Shown here one piece after another: positions 53,041 to 64,000 of a stretch of DNA of 64,000 bases. The notes beneath the pieces were generated by a model. The model searched no databases. It was given only the letters and a program-made list of their open reading frames with translations, and was not told the DNA's origin. Made by a program: the position numbers and the translations under genes. Source of the stretch: Eledone cirrhosa (taxonomy: Eukaryota); the NCBI GenBank assembly GCA_964016885.1, contig OZ024745.1:103106001-103170000 (forward strand). The letters run 5' to 3'. Within the stretch, counting starts at the first letter, position 1. Every line of letters starts with the position of its first letter.

Positions 53041-53643
53041 GTTATATAAACAGGGTTTATTGAGGCTATCATGGGCTCATAACATTTTGCCTGGTGGAAT
53101 AAACAAACAGCATGATCAAAAAGGAGCAATAAGTGAAAAGGTTTGAAAAACCTTGGTTTAATGTTTCAAATTTGGGACCTACTAATTCTGTGTAATATTG
53201 ATGATAGAGTTGCCCCTGTTGTGTGTGTGTGTGAATCATAATAAATAATATCAGCTTTGTTTATGTAGAATAGAGAGTGCTCTTTCTTCTTGTTAATATT
53301 TTTGTGGCTCTTTACCTGAATTTTTTGAAGCAGAGTTACTTTTCACTTCAAAGGATTGGTATCAATTAGTCAAAGAAATTTAACACTGTACAGATACAAG
53401 GATTAACAATGATACAACAATATGATGAACCAGTTCAGGATAAACTACTCTACTAAAAACATTCCTACACCAACAACAAACTCTATTTTAAAACATTACT
53501 GGATAAAGTGGAAAATGTTGTTCACATGGTTGCATGGAGAAATTACCATCACAGCCACAGATCATTTTAATATCAAGCCCTATAAATATCATCCTAGAGT
53601 CAAAGATTTAGCACCATTTGAAACCAATCTCTTAGGTATGTTA

Positions 53644-54649
53644 TTTATATATTACTAAAAGTTTGTCATTGCCTGCTTGCTTGTCTGTAATGTAGTACAG
53701 CCAAAAGGGTGCATAATGGTAAAATACTTTGAAAGGAAGTTACCCCTGAAATGGAAATACAAATGGAATGAAACAAGTTTGGCGTAAATCGAAGCATGGG
53801 TTCCTGAGATGCAGGGTTTTCTGGGTACCTTCATAAACACAGTGAGAGAGAAAGATAGAGAGAAAGAGATAGTAGCTATGAGAGAGTAGATTGAAAGGGA
53901 GACAGAGAAAGGAGGAGAGGAGACAGAGAAGGAGAATGAAAGAGAGAGAGAGAGCTGGTGGGTGATGTTGTGTGTACATATATATATGTGAGTATGTGTG
54001 TATATATATATGTGTGTATATGTGTGTGTGTCTATGACCAGTGTATATAGATCACAGACACCCACATATATATACACACACACACATACATACATCATCA
54101 TCATCATCATCATCATCATTTTACGTCCGCTTTTCCCTGCTTGCAAGGGTGGGACAGGAACTGATTCTGGCTTGATTTCTACAGCTGGATGCCCTCCTAA
54201 CACCAACCTCCTTTACAGTGAGTGCTGGGTGCTTTTTTTTTCCGTGGCACCTCCACAACCACTTTGCAGTGGAATGATAAGGACCCCAGTCCTATCATCT
54301 CATTTCTACAGCTAAGTAAACTGGAGCAATGTGAAATAAAGTGTCTTGCTCAAGGACACAACACATCACCCGGTCTGAGAATTGAACTCACAACCTTACG
54401 ATTGCAAGGCCAATGCTCTAACCACTAAGCCATGTGCCTCCATCATATATATATATATATATATGTATACAAACACACATATTTATATATATATATACAC
54501 ACATGTATATATATGGGCCTTCCAGTTTCATTTCACATTATATACATGTCTGTGTATATTTTAATTATTTAAAAATTATTTTTAAGTGAACATGATTTTT
54601 AAAAAATATCTTGAAGTGAACGTCACCCAACGGGTCATGGGTGGTCTAG
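53644..54649 (+). mobile_element. Non-autonomous Helitron with nested SINE
   Basis: A|TTTATATATTACTAAAAG start (TC changed to TT), CACCCA/TGGGTG hairpin at 54624-54643, CTAG|T end. Removing it restores the flanking frame. Confidence 0.75.
54094..54440 (-). mobile_element. Family B CORE SINE
   Basis: Full copy with (GAT)n tail. Confidence 0.92.
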
Positions 54650-55457
54650 TTTAATATAACATTCTGTAAATACAATAATTCCTTTCAAAATAAGTTCACT
54701 AATGATGTAAGAAAAATTAAATCCTCTAACAATGTATTTGTTTTCTCTAAGATGAAGAATCTGTATGAAGTCGATAACGATAGATATAATTAACTAATCC
54801 TGAATAATGTTACTAATAAACATCAGAACGCTAGAGTATATTTCTGTAATGATATAAATTACAAAGATAATTCTATCACTAAAAAGTTGAAAATCAATAT
54901 GAAGTTGGAACACCTAACTAAATGTAAATCTTTCATCACCTTAAAGGACCACAAGACCGACATTTCTAGCAGGCATAGTTGTCTTGTACTACTAAATAAA
55001 ATACAAGCTATGAAAGTTAAGCTTAGGTCTGGGTGTACAATATTTGTTTATTTCAATATATAATATTGGTGTAGATATAGCTGTGTAGTTGAGAAGTTTA
55101 CTTCAAAACCAGAGGGTTTTGAGTTTGATCCTACAATGTGGTATCTTAAAAAAATGGTTTTAATATAGCTTTGTAAATGAGATTTTGTAAATAGAAACTG
55201 TGTAGAAGTCCATTATTTATATGTGTGTATGTACCTGTGATTTTTCTTCCTGTGTCTTCATGTAACTTCATGTTGACACTGCTAGAGTAGCCAGTGATAT
55301 TTGTTTATGTTCTGCATAAACAATCTACCCTGCAGTCCAGCAGTTGAAGATCAATGGAATAAGCACCATACCTAAAAACAAATAAGGATAAGTGTCAGAA
55401 AATTGCCTCAAAATGTCTCATCCAACCCATGCCAGCATAGAAAAAGCAGACCTAAAA

Positions 55458-55499
<42 letters not shown>

Positions 55500-56111
55500 G
55501 TGGTGGTTGGTGGTTTGTTCTATGACTCATTGTTAACATTATCTTTGAAATATATCCAATATTTTCATATGAATTTATTGATCACTCATGAAAACTGATA
55601 CCTGAGATGTAATTAAAGATAGTAAAACAACAACAACAGTACAAATATAATAAGAAAATCTCAAACTTCAACATAGAACAAGAAAACAGTTTGTGTGGCT
55701 CTGTTACAAAAAATAAAAGTAAGATAAAAAAAGAAAAATACCCTTTTGTTTCTCCTTATTTTCTGTATCGTGTGAATGTGTGGGGGTAAATTGTGATTTA
55801 AATAATTTACCTAAAACTTTAAAATAAATATGAGAAATCTGGTGTATATTGTCATTGTATTCTAGGAATAAGAGAATTTGTTGATAATTTATTATACCTA
55901 CTGTCCTCCCTGAGGTTTTATTATCATATACATTAGTACCAGCCCTCTAATCCATTAAAAGCTGCATGTCCCAGTGTCTGAGGACTAGGTCACAAATTTG
56001 ATCACTCCTCCATGCATTCTATATCACCATGTGCATTTTGGGGAGATGGCCATAACTGGACCCTGACACCTAAGGTACCATTTTTTTGTTCTATGTATGA
56101 ACATAAATAAA

Positions 56112-56293
56112 TAATTGCTTCTACTTTTGGCACAAGGTCAGCAATTGACCAGTGCATTACTTGTGCTTTATTTTATCAACCCCGAAAGGATGAAAGGTAA
56201 AGTTAAGGTATTTGAACTCAACGTGAAGGGCCGTAACTCTGTGCTGCAAAGCATGGTGTCTGATGCTCTACCAATACTGCCAATCCACCACCC
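56112..56293 (-). mobile_element. SINE family A
   Basis: Reverse complement of the family A consensus. Confidence 0.85.
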
Positions 56294-56374
56294 ATAAATA
56301 ATGACAGCTGATAAATAGGAATTGTCTATATGTTTGTCTCTTCCAAGTTTTCTATTTCCTGTATTTGTCCCAGG

Positions 56375-56917
56375 TCATCATCCTCACCGTTTTACGTCCG
56401 TTCTTCCACGCTAGCATGGGTTAGACGGGTTGTCCTGTTGTGGGCAGTGTCTGGTCGGCTGACCATGCCTTGCTCATACAGGAACTGATCTGGCTTGATT
56501 TCTACAGCTGGATGCCCTTCCTAACACCAACCTCATTTACAGTGAGTGCTGGGTGCTTTTTCGTGGCGCCTACACGTCCACTTTACAGTGTGGGCTGGGT
56601 GCTTTTTTGCCGTGGCACCTCCACGACCACCTTGCGGTGGGGGGGGGGGGCATATTGTTTATATGCTTCAGCATGTACCCATGGGAGGTCGGGTACCCTG
56701 TATTACTGCGTGACGCCAGAAGTCACGGTCGTGTGTCATTGACTTTGAGAGGTGTAGTTGGGTAAGGTCGGCTTTTATCACCTCATCCCAAGTCATCTTG
56801 GGTCTCCCCACTCCGCGGTTTCCATCAACTTCTAGTGCTCTGCACCTTTTTATGCAGCTGTCATCCTTCATACGCATCACATGTCCATACCAGCGTAACC
56901 GCCTCTCCTGCACGCAG
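56375..56917 (-). mobile_element. 5'-truncated RTE subfamily B
   Basis: Nearly identical to 16330-16874. Confidence 0.95.
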
Positions 56918-56993
56918 AGATTAGATGGATGGCTGGCTGGGAAAATTTGAATCAGCTCTAGTGGTACATTTGTTAGTGGTACAGGTGTTTATA

Positions 56994-57009
<16 letters not shown>

Positions 57010-57025
<16 letters not shown>

Positions 57026-58200
57026 GATAATAATAATAATGAAATTATTGTGTACAGTGCTCTTGTGCATTACAACTCATCAAAGGTGCATGTATAGTAC
57101 ATAGAATAATGTACAAATATCAGGAAAATGAACAGTGTGTGAGTCATGAAATACATGTGTGCGTGTGTATGGGGGAGGGATATCAGATATAGTGTTGGCG
57201 AATCTCAGGAAGCATGGAGATTTTAAAGGATGCAGTGTCTCGACAACTAATAACTGATACAGGTAGTTTGTTCCATGCTTCAGCAACTCTGAGCATGAAA
57301 AAATGTTTCCAAAAGTCATGGGGGCTGTGCTGTTTTCTGACTTTGTTGGCATGCCCATGTGTGTTAAACACATGGAAATCAAAAAGGTGCTCAAGGTTGT
57401 TGTTGCGAGATGGTTAATAATTTTGTGGGTGTTTACCAAGTCAGTTGCCAGATGTCGGAGCTTCAATGTATCCATGCCCAGGGAAGCAAAGCGTTCAGAG
57501 TATGGTAGATGCCTGATGGAGGGTATTTGCTTGGTTGCACGTCTCTGAACAGTTTCCAGGCGATCAATGTTCTGAGCAAGATAGGGGTTCCAGACTGGTG
57601 ATGCAAATTCTAAGTGTGGCTGCACCATAGCTATATACAGCTTTAAATAGATAGCTGGAGAGTGGCTGACAAAGGTCTTGCTGAGTGATGCTAAGACACC
57701 CTCGGCCTTCTTGACAATTTTAGAGACGTGCTTCATCCAATGCAAATCGCTGCTGACAGTAATGACCAGGTCGCGTTCACAAGAAGACTTCTTGATATTA
57801 GTGTTGTGGAGGGAGTATGTGGACGCTGGGTTTTTACTCCCAAAATGCATGGTGGTACACTTATCCACAGCCAACTTGAGTTGCCAGTCCGTGATCCATT
57901 GCTGCATTGTGTCCAGGTCAGATTGCAGGAAAGATCTATAGTGTTCAGGATCTGTCCATTTTATCTCAAGGTACAGCTTGATGTCATCTGCATATTTCAG
58001 TACTGTGACATTCTTTAATTTGGCACCTATGTCATTAATATATGCCACAAACAAGCATGGGCCAAGAACAGATCCATGTGCTACACCAGATGACATCTCA
58101 TACGGTGAGGAATGCTGTCCTAGAACTGTAACTACCTCTCTTCGACTGAAAATGAAGGACTTCAACCAGTTAAAAAGATCATCCTTCAACACCCATTTCA
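57010..58200 (-). mobile_element. 5'-truncated CR1/L2-group LINE (RT remnant)
   Basis: SGVAHGSVLGP, YADDIKLY, ERDL, PHLEFASPVWNPY, LETVQRRATK, then a frameshift into FFMLRVAEAWNKLP; (ATT)n tail. Confidence 0.9.
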
Positions 58201-58202
58201 TA

Positions 58203-58276
<74 letters not shown>

Positions 58277-58281
<5 letters not shown>

Positions 58282-58640
58282 AGAAAACGAAAAATCAGTG
58301 ATGCATCTGGACTTAGTTTATTTTGTGTTACAAATGTTTCGCCGGCATGTAGCTCGAGTCATGGTCCTTGTATGGATCTGGCTGATTCTACTTCTGATAA
58401 AATTTGCTCCGGACATAACATCCGTGTCTGAAAGAACCTGCAGAAGTAGAATCTGCCAGATCTATACAAGGACCATGACTCGAGCTACATGCCGGCAAAA
58501 GATTTGTAACACAAAATAAACTAAGTTCAGATGCATCACTGATTTTTCGTTTTCTTGATAATATCTACACTCTACTCTGATGAATATCAAGTGCTAATTT
58601 TGGCATACCGCCTACGGAAGCACCATAGCTACCTCTATAC

Positions 58641-58645
<5 letters not shown>
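58277..58645 (+). mobile_element. Fold-back insert H4 with 120-bp arms, in (TA)n
   Basis: Arms 58277-58396/58441-58560 with 5 mismatches; 44-nt spacer; unique 3' extension. Confidence 0.85.
58424..58512 (+). ncRNA. Degenerate hammerhead with long stem II insert
   Basis: GTGT CTGAAAGA aCCtGCA...TGCcGGc AAAA GATTTG TA|ACAC; the inverted arm preserves GAAA CATTTG TA. Confidence 0.5.
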
Positions 58646-58690
<45 letters not shown>

Positions 58691-58702
58691 GTATATATAT
58701 AT

Positions 58703-58904
58703 ATAGGAATGAGTAGGACCCCGACGGCTGAGCTCAAGCCGTTTCGACGGCTAATTCTGGACTAATAGTCCAGAATTAGTCGTCGAAATGGCTTGAGCTC
58801 AGCCGTCGGGGTCCTACTCGTTCCTATTACCCACTCTACTACCCTAAGTATTGAGTACTTTGGTGCGTTATGTCCACTTGGTTCCTTACCACATTTCCTT
58901 TGTT
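58703..58904 (+). mobile_element. Fold-back insert, family H3
   Basis: 62-bp arms 58703-58764/58766-58827 with a 1-nt loop; (TA)n flanks. Confidence 0.85.
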
Positions 58905-59423
58905 ATATATATATATATATATATACACATACATATATGTGTATCTATATATATACTACCACCCAGTAAATTAGTAACATTGGGGCCCACAATAAAATGT
59001 ACCCACTACATTCTGTAAAATAGCAACCATACCAATATATGAAATATATGAAAATCATTCTTCAGCCCATTTAGTCTCAGACAGTGATGATCTGTACAAT
59101 CCTTGCCTGCATGGAAATACTGGTGCAAAACTATAATGATAATGAGGAAATATATATATATGTGTGTGTGTGTGTGTGTATGATCATAAGAGATTGTAGT
59201 CCTGGAATCATAATTTGTGCAAATTTGGGAATTATGAGTGATGAATGATTGTTTCATGTGTCTTAGCTTTGTCTCTTCCCATCTTCATTGCTGAGGGTTA
59301 GAGACCATAAATAATTGTACCGTTGCTCATTGTTTTATCTATATATTACTACTATGTAGGGCTACATTTGATATTTACTTCACTTCTATTTTAATTTAAT
59401 CAAAAAGATATACTTTATCAAAC

Positions 59424-59605
59424 TTGGCAGTATCGGTAGAGGGTCAGACACCATACTTTCCAGCATAGTTACGTCCCTTAACGATCTGAGTTCAAATCCC
59501 ACCGAGGTTAACTTTGCCTTTCATCCTTACGGGGTCGATAAAATAAAGTACCAGTAATGTACTGGGTAATTGCTGGCCGTGTGCCAAAAAGTAGAAACAA
59601 TTATT
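59424..59605 (+). mobile_element. SINE family A
   Basis: Matches the family A consensus. Confidence 0.9.
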
Positions 59606-59996
59606 AAACAAAAACAAAAACATTACTAAAAAATCTAGACAATGATGAATCAATAGAGGAACCTCCATTTGATTGTTCAACCTGCTAGAAATAGCAGACA
59701 AATATTTCTCAAAAACACTCTATTATCTTAAAACAAGAATCCTAAATTGGCCATTACTTTTCATCGTCGTATAATGTGTGTGTTTGAACAAAATACAAGA
59801 TGGACATAGTTAGAATACTTTTTATCATAGGTGTGCTTTATCAGGACTAATCTAGAACCAAAGAACAATGACGATGAAAGGAAACAATGTGTAGATGATT
59901 TGTAAGATGACTCTTGAGAACATTTAGAACAAGATAGCATGAGGCTATGTCAGTTTTGTGGAAGATAGCTTATTTATCTGCATTATTGTTTCTAAC

Positions 59997-60400
59997 AAGG
60001 GCGGGGGAGTGGCAGTATTGGTAGAGAGTCAGACACCATGCTTTGAAGGATAGAGTTACGTTCCTTTATGATCTGAGTTCAAATCCCGCCGAGGTTGACT
60101 TTGCCTTTCATCCTTACGGCGTCGATAAAATAAAGTACCAGTAATGTACTGGGTAATTGCTGGCCTTGTGCTTAAAAATAGAAACAATTATTGTTTCTAA
60201 CAATGAGGCAGGGGATTGGCAGTATCAGTAGAAGGTCGGACGCCATGCTTTGCAACATAGAGTTACACCCCTTTATGGTGTGAGTTCAAATCCCGTCGAG
60301 GTTAACTTTGCCTTTCATCCTTACGGGGTCGATAAAATAAAGTACCAGTAATGTACTGGGGTAATTGCTGGCCTTGTGCCAATAGTAGAAACAATTGTTG
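59997..60400 (+). mobile_element. Tandem dimer of family A SINEs
   Basis: Two copies; ATT(A/G)TTGTTTCTA(A/G)CAA recurs before, between and after them. Confidence 0.9.
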
Positions 60401-60419
60401 TTTCTAGCAATGGTAGCCT

Positions 60420-61530
60420 TGTGGTGTTAAATTCAGTACTGAAGTAGAAGCATTCCATTAGTTCTGCAAAAAAAAAAAAAAGAAATAACAATAGATAAAT
60501 AAATAAATTACTTTTATGCAACAGCTGAAAAGCTGGAGGGAGCTGAAAGATTTAAGATGCTTCTTCCCAGAGTTAAAGAGGGAGATATACATGGTAATCT
60601 ATATAATCAAGATCTTTGAGAACAAATACCAAACTTTGGCATTGAAAGAAAGGGTGCAAGGAAAATAACTGAATCTTGGAAAACATCAGAGTTGGCAGAG
60701 ACTTGTCAGCACATTCTACAAACCCATGAGCTTCCAATCCAAGAGTGGGGAGGTAGGAGAAGTACATAGAGAGAGACAACCAAGTTAAAAGTATCTCTTG
60801 CAAGAAATGATCAAAAGATTTTACTAAAATAAACATCATTGCTCTCACTAAAGTTCTCAACAATGGAGTGGCAGAGGAATGACATAGGAAAGAAGTCTCC
60901 AGTAAATCTGACTTAATGGAAAATATATTGGTTTTCTCTATAGAGAACAACTGGCATAAGGCAAGGATGCTAGTGATTGTTATCTGTTTTCACCATATAT
61001 AATAAGTTGCAAGTGTCCTTTTTTTTTTACTGTTTAGTTAAAGAGTAAAGGGCAATGTTCTTGACTCTATTTAGGGTCTCCAAAACTGCTGAGAGAAGAG
61101 AAAAAGGATCCTCAAATTGGAGGCATGGTAGAAATGTTGGTAATAGAAGACACTTTGTTAAATGCATCTAGACAATGGGTTAATTCTTGTACAAAAAGAG
61201 GCAATAGTAGGATTTGAACTCAGAAAGTAAAGAGCATATACTGGTACCTTATTTTATTAACCCCAAAAGGATAAAAGGCAGAGTTGACATTAATGTGAGA
61301 GATAGAACAATTACTACAAGACATGTTGTCCCATGATCTAGTTACTATTAATTAGTGATAAAAGAAATAAATTGGTTGTTGGTAAGATCAGAGAAGTTGC
61401 TCTTTTTGAGGATGGGACACATGTAGCATATTTCCAAAGATTGGGAAATATTCCTACAGAAAGATAAAAAGATGGGAGAGTTTGGTGAAATGCATTGTTT
61501 GAATGTAATGTAAAGGATATTGGTAAGCCA
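60420..61530 (-). pseudogene. Highly decayed CR1/L2-like RT remnant
   Basis: CPILKKSNFSDLTNNQFISF resembles PVPKKGD.S..SNYRPI; MFILVKSFDH resembles LDISKAFD. Confidence 0.45.
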
Positions 61531-62364
61531 GTTGCCTTGTATGGTTGGAGCTAACAAAGAAACATTTTAAACTTGTCTAATGTACATGTGTGGTGATGAG
61601 CAATGTTTGTATTAATGAAATAGATCTAATTATACTCAAACACACACTTACATGCACATACACATGCCTGTACATACATGCATGCACATACATACATGCA
61701 CACACTTACACATGTAGTTTGACATATTCACTTATGTTCTACCTCTTTCTGTTCAAACCAGCAATAACCGGCTGCTCATATTTATGTTAAGGTATTGTTC
61801 TCAAAATAAATAATATCAAAATCTCATAGATTCGATATTATGTGAAATAATTATGTGAGATAAAGCCTTTACCATGAAAATACAATAGTAATTATACAGT
61901 AATATAAATGCTAAAGGGTTAAACCTGTATGTATGTTTATGTTTCTCTTAAAATACTTCCTTGAAGAGGGCTACAAGTAAAGTAAACAAAATGAGTTCTC
62001 TGTCCTTAGTTTAGTTTAACATCTGTACATTTATTTCAGCATACTCTCTAAGTTGTTCATACTTCGAAAAAAAACTTAATTCTAGATTTTAATAAAAACT
62101 TAAATAGCATAATTAGTTAATAGTTAATTGATTTTGTAGTGAGGAATTCACTAATAAAGTGTGTGTGTTGTGTGTTTGTTGTGTGTTTGTTGTGGTTTGT
62201 TGTGTGAGTATGTTATGTATTTGTGTGTGTGGTTGGATGTTTATGTATTGTGTGTGTTGTGTGTGTGTGTATGTGTGTGTGTGTGTATATATATATATTT
62301 ATTAAGAAGTGTGATAGAAAACGATGTCTACATTAAAGTTAAATCTGCTACATTTTAAGCTATA

Positions 62365-63040
62365 TCATCATCATCTTCGTTTAACGTCCATTTTCCACGC
62401 TAGCATGGGTTAGATGGGAGTTGTCCTGCTTAAGGCAAGGCTGGTCTAGTGACCATATCTCGCTCATATAGGACTATCTGGCAGGTTTTCTACGGCTGGA
62501 TGCCCTTCCTAACACCAACCACATTTACAGTGTGGAACTGGGAACTTTTTACCGTGTTACCTACACGGCCACATTACAGCGTGGACTGTGTGTGTTTTTT
62601 GTTGTGACACCTACACGATCTCGATCTCATTTTCTCGTGCTGTTGGTGGGAGTGAGAGGATAGGGTAGGGGGTAGTGGATTGGGGTGTATATTTGGTTAA
62701 GAGGTGCCTACTGACTGTAGACTTCGCTTTGTACATAGGCAAAGCGAGTCTTCTGTATTACTGCGTAGCGCCAAAGATCTCGGTCCAGAGACATTGTCTT
62801 AGAGAGATGTAAGTGCGTGAGATTGGAATTTATCAGATCATCCCATGTTTTTATGGGTCTACCTACTCCATAACTACCATCAATTTTGATCGCCCTACAC
62901 TTTTTTATGCAGCTGTCATCTTTCATGCGCATCACATAACCATACCAACGTAGTCTTCTCTCAAGTAAACAGCATCTGATCCCTCTTATTCCTAATTTCT
63001 CACTTAGTTCATTTATGCTTTGCCGTTCACGTATATTACT
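62365..63040 (-). mobile_element. 5'-truncated RTE (subfamily A-related)
   Basis: SNIRERQSINEL..RRLRWYG..GRPIKTW plus 3' UTR and (GAT)n tail; the 5' end lies in (TA)n. Confidence 0.92.
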
Positions 63041-63067
63041 ATATATATATATATATATATATATACA

Positions 63068-63288
63068 TAATGAAGGAGTTGTGGTAAGGAACCAGATGGA
63101 CCATAACACACCAGAGTACTCAATACTTAGTAGTATTGAGTACTCTGGTGTGTAGTGTAGTAGAGTGGGTAATAGGAGAAAGTACGACCCGGACGGTAGA
63201 GTTCAAGCTGTTTCGATGGCTATTTCTGGACTAAAGTAAGAGTTTTTAGTCTGGTAAGTAAATTACTTACGAGACTAAAAACTCTTAC
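63068..63288 (-). mobile_element. Family H3 copy with two short fold-backs
   Basis: Palindromes at 63106-63127/63132-63153 and 63236-63261/63263-63288. Confidence 0.75.
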
Positions 63289-63336
63289 ATATACATACAT
63301 ATAAATATATATATATATATACATATAAATATATAC

Positions 63337-63669
63337 ATCATCATCATTTTACGTCCGCTTTTCCCTGCTTGCAAGGGTGGGACAGGAACTGATTCTGGCT
63401 TGATTTCTACAGCTAGATGCCCTTCCTAACACCAACCTCATTTACAGTGAGTGCTGGGTGCTTTTTTTCCGTGGCGTCTACACGACCACTTTGCAGTGGA
63501 ATGATAGGGACCCCAGTCCAATCATCTCATTTCTACAGCTGAGTAAACTGGAACAATGTGAAATAAAGTATCTTGCTCAAGGAAACAACGCATCACCCGG
63601 TCTGAGAATTGAACTCACAACCTTTCGATTGCAAGCCCAATGCTCTAACCACTAAGCCATGTGCCTCCA
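63337..63669 (-). mobile_element. Family B CORE SINE
   Basis: Full copy. Confidence 0.92.
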
Positions 63670-64000
63670 TATATATATATATATAAAATTTAAAGGGTAT
63701 ATACATATAAACTAGACAGAGTCATAGATATATATTATATGTTTTTGGCAACCATTCACGATGTGGCTCAATGACAAATTAATTAAATAATTAATAATCA
63801 GAGCAAGATATAAAAAGTAAGTCCATAGAATCATTAGATAAAATATATACAGTATTTCTTCACCCAATCAGCATAAATCAACCACACAAAATATCATTTA
63901 AACGAGGCTGTAAGTTTAAAATATACTTATGAAGAAACAATAGATAAATGATATAGCTTTTTATCCGCGACTCACAGTTACAAAAAATTTACCTAGTATT

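Larger units (their letters stand above)
53422..54987 (+). pseudogene. Decayed N-terminal ORF of a Penelope-like element, split by a Helitron
   Basis: 53422-53643 gives QFRINYSTKNIPTP...(alternative frame LLDKVENVV)...KDLAPFETNLLGML. 54650-54987 continues in frame FNITFCKYNNSFQNKFTNDVRKIKSSNNVFVFS..NLYEV..SFITLKDHK. I recall these motifs from invertebrate PLE pre-RT regions. Confidence 0.75.

Noticed and set aside
16755-58301. Antisense ORFs over the RTE, Tx1 and CR1 coding regions
   Set aside because: Shadow frames of real coding strands with no recognisable motifs.
58577-58583. Second CTGATGA in H4
   Set aside because: No following stem II and GAAA.
29861-58827. Palindromes as amplification or long-read chimera artefacts
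   Set aside because: Arms differ by several substitutions and the same family recurs with a similar fold-back point at separate loci; raw reads would be needed to exclude this fully.
15762-63669. tRNA genes
   Set aside because: All A/B-box matches examined continue into SINE bodies; I could not fold a full cloverleaf.

Overview
AT-rich, repeat-saturated eukaryotic DNA, most likely intronic or intergenic sequence of an octopod cephalopod (inferred from the SINE/LINE repertoire and long (TA)n arrays; not verified). No complete host gene is visible; one candidate terminal exon lies at 22314-22403. Recognisable elements: a near full-length RTE LINE with a PHD-type finger (17583-21126, two in-frame stops), several 5'-truncated RTE copies, a young 5'-truncated L1/Tx1 element with a 17-bp TSD (48855-52212), CR1/L2, CRE and R4/Dong remnants, two non-autonomous Helitrons, piggyBac-type MITEs, many tRNA-derived SINEs, and micro/minisatellites. 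The most interesting signal is a set of short non-coding inserts, mostly in (TA)n. Most are fold-back palindromes and most carry whole or partial type-I hammerhead ribozyme motifs. Wherever orientation can be read, the inverted arm lies 5' of the ribozyme-sense strand. This is the architecture of Penelope-like element (PLE) pseudo-LTRs and retrozymes. A decayed PLE ORF split in frame by a Helitron lies at 53422-54987. All pairings and alignments were done by eye; ends of degenerate repeats are approximate.
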